Source: Clostridia bacterium (GTDB lineage Bacteria; Bacillota; Clostridia; UMGS1810). Taken from it: a DNA stretch of 64,000 nucleotides. The stretch is from NCBI GenBank assembly GCA_045540695.1, contig JAZQHR010000103.1, forward strand, positions 5,346 through 69,345, written 5' to 3'. Under the pieces are notes generated by a model. It did no database searches, was not told where the DNA came from, and was given only the letters and a program-made list of their open reading frames with translations. How positions within the stretch are numbered: the first letter of the stretch is position 1; the number at the start of each line of letters is the position of its first letter. Shown here one piece after another: positions 15,803 through 24,167 of the stretch. The translations under genes were made by a program, and so were the position numbers.

Positions 15803-15882
15803 TTATAACATCCTGCCAGTCAGTGTCAGTCAATTTAAATAAAGATGGCTTAACAAAGCCATTTGAGAGGACTGTTTCCGTC

Positions 15883-15941
15883 TTGGAAATGCTGTGAACG
15901 TTCAAAGCGTTCCGAGGGTTCGAATCCCTTCCTCTCCTCCA
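15883..15941 (+). tRNA. 3' fragment of a type-II (long-variable-arm, probably Ser-type) tRNA; att-site remnant, not an intact gene
   Basis: T-arm gaggg-ttcgaat-ccctt (15914-15930), acceptor 3' strand cctctcc, then tCCA (to 15941). 7-bp variable arm gaacgtt-caa-agcgttc (15896-15912). No matching 5' acceptor strand (ggagagg), D-arm or 5' anticodon-stem strand upstream. Confidence 0.5.
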
Positions 15942-15950
15942 TAAACAAAA

Positions 15951-15976
15951 AGCATCCTTTAAAGGATGTTTTTTTG
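15951..15976 (+). terminator. Rho-independent terminator after the tRNA fragment
   Basis: agcatcct-ttaa-aggatgtt hairpin followed by a T7 run. Confidence 0.7.
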
Positions 15977-16175
15977 TTTTGTATTATTCATTTTTCATTA
16001 TTCTTTTAATGTGACAGGATTTTTTAATGAATAATGAATGATGAAGCCGCTACGCTTATGAATAATTAATAATTATGGTAGCTTTGCTTATACAATACTT
16101 TTTTATTAAAGGTCGCACTAATTTATTTTATTTACATATATTTTAAAATATGATATAATAATATAAAAGTTTAAC

Positions 16176-16190
16176 TCAACTAATAGTTGA
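16176..16190. promoter_or_regulatory. Perfect 7-1-7 palindrome TCAACTAATAGTTGA; candidate operator upstream of the HTH-serine dehydratase gene
   Basis: tcaacta-a-tagttga. The half-site AGTTGAT recurs at 16226-16232 and, upstream of the second HTH fusion, at 20411-20417. Confidence 0.3.
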
Positions 16191-16284
16191 TAATATTTAT
16201 ATAAAATATTTCATAAAACATTTATAGTTGATAGAATTTCACTTATAATAGTATAAAATGGTAAATTTTATGAGGTGAAAAAAT

Positions 16285-17715
16285 TTGAACGAATTTAGAT
16301 ACGAAAAGATTAAAGAATTAAGACGGAAAAATAATATGTCGCAAAAACTTCTTGGAGAGATGCTGGGGATAAGTGATCGTGCAGTTTCTAAATGGGAAAC
16401 AGGGCTTTCTCAGCCGTCAGGTAAAAATCTTATTTCTATGTCAAAAATATTTAACGTACCGGTTGAGTACTTTTTAAATATTTCTGAAAGTAGCAAACAT
16501 ATAAAAAAAGAAAAAGGTATGGAGTCTATAACAGAGCTATACAAGATAGGCAGAGGTCCGTCAAGTTCTCACACCATTGGTCCTGAAAAAGCTTGTGTGA
16601 TATTTAAAGATAAATATAAAGATGCTGATAAATTTAAAGCTATACTTTATGGCTCACTTGCTAAAACAGGCAAAGGACACGGAACAGATGTCGTTATAAA
16701 GAAAACATTTTCACCTTATGAATGCAGTATAGAGTTTGATTATACAAATGCTGATATTCCTCATCCAAACACTATGGAGCTTATAGCGTACTCCAAAAAT
16801 AAAGAATTATGCAGAGAAAAGGTGTTCAGCATTGGCGGAGGAAGCATAGCTTTTGAAAACGATGTTATAACACCGCCTGAAAGGATATATGCACTTGACA
16901 AGTTCAGCGACATATCCGACTACTGCGAGGAAAAAGGTATTCGTATATGGGAATATGCTCTTGAAAACGAGGATGACAATTTTATCGACTATATGCATAA
17001 AATTTGGGAAGCTATGAAAACATCAGTCAAAAATGGACTTACTGACACAGGTTTACTTCCCGGCGGACTTGATGTTCAGAAAAAAGCAAAAGTATTATAC
17101 AACAGTCAGCACATAGATGAAACCAATGAAACACGTGAAAACCGCATAGTTTGTTCGTATGCATTTGCGGTTGGTGAGCAAAATGCATCGGGCGAAAAGA
17201 TAGTTACTGCACCAACCTGCGGTGCGGCGGGAATAGTTCCGGCGGTGCTTTTGTATCAGCAGCAAAAGAATAATTTCAGCGATGAAAGCATCGTTCATGC
17301 ACTTATGACTGCGGGTATAATGGGAAACCTTATCAAGACAAATGCATCTATATCGGGTGCAGAATGTGGCTGTCAAGCAGAGGTTGGAAGTGCATGTGCG
17401 ATGGCGGCAGCGGCATTGGCGGAGCTTTTTGGACTTTCGATTGACAAAATCGAGTATGCGGCTGAAATTGCTATAGAGCATCATTTAGGTCTTACCTGCG
17501 ACCCTATATGTGGTCTTGTGCAGATACCTTGCATAGAGAGAAATGCCGTTGCGGCAATGCGTGCTATAAATGCAGTAAACCTTTCAAGCTTTCTATGGGA
17601 TACCAGAAAGATTTCGTTTGACAAGGTTGTGCAGACTATGAAAGAAACGGGCGAAGATATGCATGTTTCATACAAGGAAACCTCAGAGGCGGGACTTGCG
17701 AAGATAAATATATAA
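16285..17715 (+). CDS. XRE-family HTH domain fused to an iron-sulfur L-serine dehydratase (single-chain type)
   Basis: Residues 1-64 are an XRE HTH (MSQKLLGEMLGISDRAVSKWETG). From M79 the sequence is MESITELYKIGRGPSSSHTIGP (the SdaA N-terminal signature), then TAPTCGAAGIVPAVL, and the Cys ligand contexts ECGCQAEVGSA, LTCDP and IPCIERNA. Confidence 0.8.
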   Translation: MNEFRYEKIKELRRKNNMSQKLLGEMLGISDRAVSKWETGLSQPSGKNLISMSKIFNVPVEYFLNISESSKHIKKEKGMESITELYKIGRGPSSSHTIGPEKACVIFKDKYKDADKFKAILYGSLAKTGKGHGTDVVIKKTFSPYECSIEFDYTNADIPHPNTMELIAYSKNKELCREKVFSIGGGSIAFENDVITPPERIYALDKFSDISDYCEEKGIRIWEYALENEDDNFIDYMHKIWEAMKTSVKNGLTDTGLLPGGLDVQKKAKVLYNSQHIDETNETRENRIVCSYAFAVGEQNASGEKIVTAPTCGAAGIVPAVLLYQQQKNNFSDESIVHALMTAGIMGNLIKTNASISGAECGCQAEVGSACAMAAAALAELFGLSIDKIEYAAEIAIEHHLGLTCDPICGLVQIPCIERNAVAAMRAINAVNLSSFLWDTRKISFDKVVQTMKETGEDMHVSYKETSEAGLAKINI

Positions 17716-17737
17716 TAGGTACGAAAGGAATTTTATT

Positions 17738-19048
17738 ATGAAATTACCAAAAATGAAATTTACTGCAGCTGGTGATATGCTTATTCAAAGGCTTATATCA
17801 ACAAAATACGAAGGATTTGATGCAGTAAGAGATTATATATCAAAAGGTGATGCAAGATTTTTCAATTTTGAATCTATAATTTACCGTGAGGGTATATGGG
17901 GAAATTATTTTAATGGAGGTTCATTCCATAATTCTGACCCAAAAACACTGGACATTGCAAAAGAATATGGCTTTAATATGATGACATTTGCGAACAACCA
18001 CACATTTGACTGGGGATATGGCGGACTTATATCTACACTTGATGCACTAAAGGAAACAGATTTTGTTCACGCAGGTGTAGGAATGAATCTTGATGAGGCT
18101 GCTTCTCCTGCATATCTTGAAACGCCTACTGGTAGAGTTGCACTGATTTCTATGGCATCGTCTATAGCTGACCCATCAGCCATGGCGGGTAAGCAGTCAA
18201 GACGTATACCTGGACGACCTGGTGTAAATGCACTTAGAACCAATGAATATATAGAAGTAACTAAAGAGCAGTTTGATGCCCTTAAAGCTATAGCGGAAAC
18301 AAGCGGTATAAACGCTGAACACGCAATTCTTCAGGCGGAAGGTTATGCAGCTCTGAACGAAGATACAGATGTAGTCGAACTAAGCAATAAAATTAAATTT
18401 CGTTTGGGCGACAAGGCAAAACATCACGTTAGCTTAAACGAAAAGGATATGACAAGGCTTGAAAAGGCTATTTACGAAGCAAAATCGCAGGCGGACTACA
18501 TACTTATAAGTATTCACGGACACGAGGTTTCGGGTAATGCAAAAGAAATTCCTGCAGATTTCTTAAAAGAATTTGCACATCGCTGTATTGATATGGGTGC
18601 ACACGCGGTATTAGGACATGGTCCGCATCTGTTGAGACCACTTGAGATTTATAAAAATTGCCCAATATTCTATTCGCTCGGTGATTTTATGCTACATAAC
18701 GAGAGTGTTACATTTGCTCCAGAGGATATGTATGAAAAGTATGGTCTAACTTCTGATGATCCGATATGTGATATCTATCGCAAACGTTCACGTAATTATA
18801 CAGTTGGACTTCTTACTGACAGAAGAATGATGGAGGCGGTAATTCCATACTTTGAAATGGAAGACGGAAAGCTTACTCATTTGGAGCTTATGCCGATTGA
18901 GCTTGGTTTTGGTGAGCCACGTTATCGTCTTGGAAATCCAAGATTTTGCACAGACAGAGGCATTATTGAGCGTCTTGCCGACATGTCTGCTCCTTACGGA
19001 ACTAAAATCAGCATAAATGACGAAGGCATAGGCATTGTTGAGTTATAA
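17738..19048 (+). CDS. CapA/PGA_cap-family metallophosphoesterase-like protein
   Basis: FTAAGDMLI, FFNFESII, ANNHTFDWGYGG, ISIHGHE, GHGPH and YSLGDF motifs. Confidence 0.7.
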   Translation: MKLPKMKFTAAGDMLIQRLISTKYEGFDAVRDYISKGDARFFNFESIIYREGIWGNYFNGGSFHNSDPKTLDIAKEYGFNMMTFANNHTFDWGYGGLISTLDALKETDFVHAGVGMNLDEAASPAYLETPTGRVALISMASSIADPSAMAGKQSRRIPGRPGVNALRTNEYIEVTKEQFDALKAIAETSGINAEHAILQAEGYAALNEDTDVVELSNKIKFRLGDKAKHHVSLNEKDMTRLEKAIYEAKSQADYILISIHGHEVSGNAKEIPADFLKEFAHRCIDMGAHAVLGHGPHLLRPLEIYKNCPIFYSLGDFMLHNESVTFAPEDMYEKYGLTSDDPICDIYRKRSRNYTVGLLTDRRMMEAVIPYFEMEDGKLTHLELMPIELGFGEPRYRLGNPRFCTDRGIIERLADMSAPYGTKISINDEGIGIVEL

Positions 19049-19075
19049 AATTATATTATTGGGAGATATGAAATT

Positions 19076-20260
19076 ATGAAATCTATTTCAGAAAAATGCA
19101 AACAAATAGAAGATAAGCTTATATCACTTCGAAGAGAGCTTCACAAATATCCTGAAATAGGCGGAGATTTGCCGAAAACAAAAGAAATTGTATGCCGTGA
19201 GCTTGACAGAATGGGTATTTCGTACAAGGAAAACACAACTGATGATGGTGTAATAGCAAATATAAAAGGTGCAAAAATTGGCAAAACAATAGCATTTCGT
19301 GCTGATATGGACGGACTTCACATAAATGAAGCGACAAACCTACCATTTAAGTCGGAAATCGAAGGACAGATGCATGGCTGCGGACACGATGCACACACTG
19401 CTATACTTCTTGCGACTGCTGAAATATTAAATAACTGTAAAGATGAAATAAATGGCACAGTGAGATTACTATTCCAGACAGGTGAAGAAACAGGAACAGG
19501 AGCAAAAAATATGCTATCTGAAGGTGCAATTGACGGTGTAGATGCTATTTGTGCTATTCATGTTGGTAACCTTGCAGGTGACAGTCTTCCAGCAGGCTCG
19601 GTGGTTGTTCTTCCGGGTCCGGTAAGTGCAGGAAAGGACAAGTTCACCATAACTGTGCACGGCAAAGGAACACACACTGCATTTCCTGAAAAGGGGATTG
19701 ACCCTATACTTATAGCTGCAAGAATTGTAAATGCGTGCGAAGAAATGTCGGCAAGAGAGCTTCCTGTGGGAACTGCGGCTGTTTTAAGCTTTGGAAGCTT
19801 TAATGCAGGGATTGACCACAACACTATTCCTGACACTGCTGTTCTTAAGGGAAGTATACGTGTTCAGGACGTAAACACAAGAAACTTCATGGGCGAAAGA
19901 CTTAAATCAATAGCTGAAAACATTGCAAAAGCGTTTAGAGCTGAATGCACAGTTGATATAAAAAGAGGCTCATCTACGGTAATGAATGATAAAAGCTTAA
20001 GTGAACTTGTAGCAAAATCCGTTACCGATGCACTTGGTGACGAAATGGTATACACATCTATTCCATCGCCACTTATGGGTTCCGACGACTTTGCAAATTA
20101 TGCCGAGAAAATTCCGGGAGTATATTTCTTCCTTTGCACAAACAATAAGGATAAAGGCATTATTCAGGCGAATCATAACCCTGAATTTGACGTCGATGAA
20201 GATGTATTATGGAAGGGCGTAGCTGCATACTGTGCTACTGCAATTGAATTTTTAAAATAA
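19076..20260 (+). CDS. M20-family amidohydrolase (N-acyl-amino-acid amidohydrolase type)
   Basis: LRRELHKYPEIG, HGCGHDAHTA and FQTGEE motifs. Confidence 0.8.
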   Translation: MKSISEKCKQIEDKLISLRRELHKYPEIGGDLPKTKEIVCRELDRMGISYKENTTDDGVIANIKGAKIGKTIAFRADMDGLHINEATNLPFKSEIEGQMHGCGHDAHTAILLATAEILNNCKDEINGTVRLLFQTGEETGTGAKNMLSEGAIDGVDAICAIHVGNLAGDSLPAGSVVVLPGPVSAGKDKFTITVHGKGTHTAFPEKGIDPILIAARIVNACEEMSARELPVGTAAVLSFGSFNAGIDHNTIPDTAVLKGSIRVQDVNTRNFMGERLKSIAENIAKAFRAECTVDIKRGSSTVMNDKSLSELVAKSVTDALGDEMVYTSIPSPLMGSDDFANYAEKIPGVYFFLCTNNKDKGIIQANHNPEFDVDEDVLWKGVAAYCATAIEFLK

Positions 20261-20271
20261 TTTATTTTTAT

Positions 20272-20296
20272 AAGCCTGCTTTTGCAGGCTTTTTTG
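20272..20296 (+). terminator. Rho-independent terminator
   Basis: aagcctgc-tttt-gcaggctt followed by a T-run. Confidence 0.75.
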
Positions 20297-20491
20297 TTTG
20301 TTGTGTAAAGTGTTATTTACGTAATACACAGAAAAAATAATAATAGAATTGATATCAACAGTAATTAAATGAAATTTCGCAACCAAAGGTTGCTACAAAA
20401 ATCAAACTAAAGTTGATTGATATAAAACGAGTAATTTGCTAATATTATAATAAAAGAATTTATATAAAAGCTATGAAAGGCGGATAAAACG

Positions 20492-22111
20492 ATGACAATA
20501 GGTGAAAAAATCTCACAGCTTAGATTGTCTAAAAATATTTCTCAGGAACAACTCGCAGAGAAAATTTCTGTTTCAAGACAGTCGGTATCAAAGTGGGAGA
20601 TGGACCAGGCACTACCACAAATAGATAAGGTGCTTCAATTATGCGAATTATTTAATATATCAACTGATGATCTATTACAAGATAAAATTGCATTAAAGCA
20701 AAATACAAATAAGGATTTTTGCCATAACAAATATTTTGGTACTGATGGCTTCAGGGGTGAAGCAAATGTTAACCTGACATCTTTTCAGGCGTATAGGGTA
20801 GGTAGATTTTTAGGCTGGTATTACTCTTCTGAACTTTCAGGTTGCACTAAAGCAGGGTATAGACCAAGAATTGTAATAGGAAAGGATACCCGACGTTCAA
20901 GCTATATGCTGGAATATTCTATTGTTGCAGGCATTACTGCATCAGGTGCAGATGCATATATGCTTCACGTTACTACAACGCCAAGTGTGTCGTATGTTAC
21001 ACGCCAGGATGAGTTTGATTGTGGTATTATGATTACTGCATCACACAATCCATATTACGATAATGGCATAAAAATTATAAACAAATATGGCGAAAAGCTT
21101 GATGACAAAACGACCGCACTTATCGAAAGTTATATCGATGGAGATTTAAATATACTTGGTGTTTTGGAAGATGATTTACCTCTTGCGTGTCGGGAAAAAA
21201 TAGGTTGTATTGTCGATTATGTTTCGGGTAGAAACAGATATGTCGGATACCTTATTTCACTTGCATCAAATTCATATAAAAACCTAAAAATAGGTCTTGA
21301 CTGTGCAAATGGTGCATCGTGGATGATTGCAAAATCAGTGTTTGGTGCACTTGGTGCTCAAACCTTTGTTATTGGTGCTGAACCGGACGGATTAAACGTA
21401 AATAGCGGATGCGGTTCAACACACATTGAAAATTTATGTAAGCTTGTAAAAGAAAAACATCTAGACTTAGGTTTTGCATTTGACGGGGATACTGACAGAT
21501 GTATTGCCGTCGACGGAAATGGTAACGTTGTAGATGGCGATGCTATGATGTATATACTTGCTAAACGTCTAAAATCGCGTGGTATGCTTAATAATGACAC
21601 AGTTGTTGCTACTATAATGTCAAATAGCGGACTTATTTCAAGTCTTGAAAAAATAGGTATAAAATGTGAGCAGACAACAGTTGGTGACAGATTTGTGTAT
21701 GAATGTATGCAAAACAATGATTACAGTCTTGGCGGTGAGCAATCAGGACATATCATATTAAAGAAATATGCTACCACTGGCGATGGATTATTAACAGCTA
21801 TAATGATTACCGAGGAAGTTTGTGATAGTAAAATGTCACTTTCTGAACTTGCAAGTCCGGTAAAACTATATCCTCAATACACCATAAATGTTCGTGTAAA
21901 GGATAAATCAGCAGTTTTAGCTGATGGAGAAGTAATATCTTCATTAGAAAGTGTAAAAAATCTTATTGGTGATAACGGAAGAGCACTTCTTAGACAGAGT
22001 GGAACAGAGCCTGTAATAAGAATTATGATAGAATGCGAAAATGAGAGTAAGTGCGTAGAATACGCAAATGTTATTGCAGATAAGATAAGCGAAAGGGGAC
22101 ATAACGCTTGA
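20492..22111 (+). CDS. glmM: XRE-family HTH domain fused to phosphoglucosamine mutase
   Basis: Residues 1-64 are an XRE HTH (ISQEQLAEKISVSRQSVSKWEMD). From residue 79 the sequence is NKYFGTDGFRGEAN (the GlmM N-terminus without its Met), then TASHNPYYDNGIK (phosphoserine loop), GFAFDGDTDR (metal loop) and GGEQSGH. Confidence 0.85.
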   Translation: MTIGEKISQLRLSKNISQEQLAEKISVSRQSVSKWEMDQALPQIDKVLQLCELFNISTDDLLQDKIALKQNTNKDFCHNKYFGTDGFRGEANVNLTSFQAYRVGRFLGWYYSSELSGCTKAGYRPRIVIGKDTRRSSYMLEYSIVAGITASGADAYMLHVTTTPSVSYVTRQDEFDCGIMITASHNPYYDNGIKIINKYGEKLDDKTTALIESYIDGDLNILGVLEDDLPLACREKIGCIVDYVSGRNRYVGYLISLASNSYKNLKIGLDCANGASWMIAKSVFGALGAQTFVIGAEPDGLNVNSGCGSTHIENLCKLVKEKHLDLGFAFDGDTDRCIAVDGNGNVVDGDAMMYILAKRLKSRGMLNNDTVVATIMSNSGLISSLEKIGIKCEQTTVGDRFVYECMQNNDYSLGGEQSGHIILKKYATTGDGLLTAIMITEEVCDSKMSLSELASPVKLYPQYTINVRVKDKSAVLADGEVISSLESVKNLIGDNGRALLRQSGTEPVIRIMIECENESKCVEYANVIADKISERGHNA

Positions 22112-22770
22112 ATAAAATTGTTAAGACGAGAGAGCTTTTTGACTGCAAAACTTTGTATTTAAAAGAGCTTTTCGAAAGCTCTGAATACCCATGGGAGATG
22201 CTTCCTAAAATAAAGGCGTATATTTTAAATTTGATCGAACAAGGTTTAAGCGGTTATACTAAATATGCAGAAGGTGTTTATGTAGGTGAAAATGTCAAGA
22301 TATATCCTAATGTAACTATCGAAGCACCAGCAATAATAGGCGAAGGTACAGAAATTCGACCAGGAGCATTTATAAGAGGAAATGTTATTACTGGAAAAAA
22401 CTGTGTAATAGGTAATTCTACGGAATTAAAAAATTGCATACTTCTCGATAATGTTCAGGTTCCGCATTATAACTATGTTGGTGATTCAGTCCTTGGAAAC
22501 TATGCCCACATGGGTGCAGGTTCTATATGTTCTAATCTTAAGTCTGATGGTAAACCGGTAGTAATACATGCTGATGTAGATATTGAAACTGGACTTCGAA
22601 AAATTGGCGGAATATTAGGTGATTACGCGGATGTTGGTTGCGGTTGTGTCCTAAATCCGGGTACTGTAATTGGAAAAAACACTTCTGTATACCCATTGAC
22701 ACCGCTTAGAGGAGTGTATCCTTCAGAGTGTATAGTCAAATCCACTCATAATATAGTAAAAAGAATATAA
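22108..22770 (+). CDS. Hexapeptide-repeat (left-handed beta-helix) transferase, GlmU C-terminal-domain-like
   Basis: Repeated [LIV]G-x4 hexapeptides through residues about 60-200. TGAA overlap with the glmM-fusion stop. Confidence 0.6.
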   Translation: MNKIVKTRELFDCKTLYLKELFESSEYPWEMLPKIKAYILNLIEQGLSGYTKYAEGVYVGENVKIYPNVTIEAPAIIGEGTEIRPGAFIRGNVITGKNCVIGNSTELKNCILLDNVQVPHYNYVGDSVLGNYAHMGAGSICSNLKSDGKPVVIHADVDIETGLRKIGGILGDYADVGCGCVLNPGTVIGKNTSVYPLTPLRGVYPSECIVKSTHNIVKRI

Positions 22771-22779
22771 ATGTAAAAA

Positions 22780-22808
22780 ATTCTGCATTTGTGTTGCAGA
22801 ATTTTTTT
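22780..22808 (+). terminator. Rho-independent terminator
   Basis: attctgca-tttgtgt-tgcagaat followed by T7. It lies inside the long version of ORF 22791, which argues for the later start. Confidence 0.75.
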
Positions 22809-22874
22809 GTTTTTTTATTGTATTTTGATTTTAAAAGTGATAAAATGTTTAAAAGTATACTAGGGGGACTATAT

Positions 22875-24023
22875 ATGATTATTAAAAATGGTTTGATTCA
22901 CGATGCTGTTAATGAAGAAGCATACATATCTGATATAAAAATTGTTGATGGTAAAATTGCAGAGATTGCTAAAAATATAAATGATGCCGACAACGAAGTG
23001 ATTGATGCTACAGGACTGAATGTTTTTCCTGGAATGGTAGAAGGTCATTGTCATACTGGAATGAGCTCGTATGGTACTTCTGAAGATAAAGAACATAATG
23101 AAAAAAACGATGCTTTAAATCCACACTTAAGAGCTATTGATGGATTTAATCCATTTAGTCCGCTTGTTGGAAGAGCACTTAATGCCGGTATAACAACAAT
23201 TTGTACAGGTCCGGGTAGTGCAGCAGTTGTCGGCGGAACTTTTATCGCTGTAAAAACTTACGGCACTTGCGTTGATGATATGCTTGTTAAAAACGATGTG
23301 GCTATGAAATGCGCTCTTGGTGAAAATCCAAAAAGAATTATTAATTCAATCAATTCACGTATGACATCAGCTGCAAAGCTTCGTGAGATTTTATTTCAGA
23401 CAAAAGAATATCTTGCTAAAAAAGAACTTGCAAGTGATGACATTTCCAAATTGCCAAAGTTTGATATGAAGCTTGAAGCAATGATACCTGTTATAAAGAA
23501 AAATATACCTTTAAAAATTCATGCACACAGAGCTGATGATATATGTACAGCTATCAGAATTGCAAAGGAATTTGATGTTAAATGTACCATTGAACATTGT
23601 ACGGAAGGTCACCTTATAGTTAATGAACTTGTTAAAGCTAACGTACCTGTAATATGCGGTCCGGTTATGTGTGGTGGAGCTAAGTTCGAACTTGCAAATA
23701 AGACTTTTAAAACAGCCGCTGTACTTGCTGACGCCGGCTTGAATGTAAGTATAACTACCGATGCGGGCGTTACACAGCTTGAATATTTGCCACTATGTGC
23801 CGCTTATGCCATCAAAGATGGTGGCATGAATCCATTTAAAGCACTTCAGGCAATTACAATCAATCCTGCGCGTCACATAGGCATAGAAGACAGGGTTGGT
23901 TCTATTGAAGTTGGCAAAGATGCCGATATTCTTATTACAGATGGTGATATACTTGTAAATACCACAAAGGTGCTTAAAGTAATTGTTGACGGAAAAATAG
24001 TTGTTAAAAAATTAATTTGTTAA
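22875..24023 (+). CDS. Metal-dependent amidohydrolase-family protein
   Basis: MIIKNGLIHD...VFPGMVEGHCHTG (HxH metal motif). C-terminal VGSIEVGKDADILI. SD aggggga gives ATG 22875. Confidence 0.75.
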   Translation: MIIKNGLIHDAVNEEAYISDIKIVDGKIAEIAKNINDADNEVIDATGLNVFPGMVEGHCHTGMSSYGTSEDKEHNEKNDALNPHLRAIDGFNPFSPLVGRALNAGITTICTGPGSAAVVGGTFIAVKTYGTCVDDMLVKNDVAMKCALGENPKRIINSINSRMTSAAKLREILFQTKEYLAKKELASDDISKLPKFDMKLEAMIPVIKKNIPLKIHAHRADDICTAIRIAKEFDVKCTIEHCTEGHLIVNELVKANVPVICGPVMCGGAKFELANKTFKTAAVLADAGLNVSITTDAGVTQLEYLPLCAAYAIKDGGMNPFKALQAITINPARHIGIEDRVGSIEVGKDADILITDGDILVNTTKVLKVIVDGKIVVKKLIC

Positions 24024-24034
24024 TTTTCATAAAA

Positions 24035-24062
24035 AAGTTATCTTTCGGGATGACTTTTTTAT
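24035..24062 (+). terminator. Rho-independent terminator
   Basis: aagttatc-tttcgg-gatgactt (one G-U pair) followed by a T-run. Confidence 0.6.
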
Positions 24063-24167
24063 TATTTTGGAAAAATTTTATTTTTGAAATGTATAAAATA
24101 TTGACTTTACAATACATTATTTGTATAATAAAGTTTGTAAAAACTAACTTGTGAAAAGAGGATATAT

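Larger units (their letters stand above)
1..15882. mobile_element. Right-hand ~15.9 kb of an integrated prophage/phage-like element; continues upstream of the window and ends at a tRNA-fragment att site
   Basis: Tightly packed co-oriented small ORFs with overlapping stops and starts. Phage-typical content: helicase, Lar-like, NrdDG, Dut, Xis-like, tyrosine integrase. The integrase is followed by a tRNA 3' fragment and a host-type terminator. Confidence 0.7.

Noticed and set aside
15615-15905. 96-aa reverse ORF spanning the integrase 3' end and the att region
   Set aside because: It overlaps the integrase catalytic region in antisense and runs into the tRNA fragment. No SD and no motif.
15864-15941. 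Attempt to fold an intact 78-nt tRNA (acceptor tgagagg/cctctcc; anticodon arm gaacg-ttcaaag-cgttc, CAA)
   Set aside because: It needs a mismatched first acceptor pair, a 5-bp/5-nt-loop pseudo-D-arm, 6 nt between the D and anticodon arms and only 1 nt of variable region. Reading it as the 3' part of a type-II tRNA with a 7-bp variable arm is much more natural.
15883-15941. Possible tmRNA (ssrA) 3' end, a common phage att site
   Set aside because: The acceptor strand cctctcc implies a 5' GGAGAGG, not the GGGG... start with the G3-U70 pair required of tmRNA, and the discriminator is T rather than A.
15980-16060. Imperfect inverted repeat ttcatttttcattattc ... gaataatgaatgatgaa and recurring atgaataat motifs downstream of the att remnant
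   Set aside because: Low-complexity AT-rich sequence with mismatched arms. It lies on the host side of the junction, so it cannot be integrase arm sites, and I could assign no function.
22791-22874. Upstream extension of the amidohydrolase ORF (MLQNFFVFLLYFDF...)
   Set aside because: The extension begins inside the terminator hairpin and T-run of the preceding gene. ATG 22875 has a good SD and gives the family-typical MIIKNGLI start.
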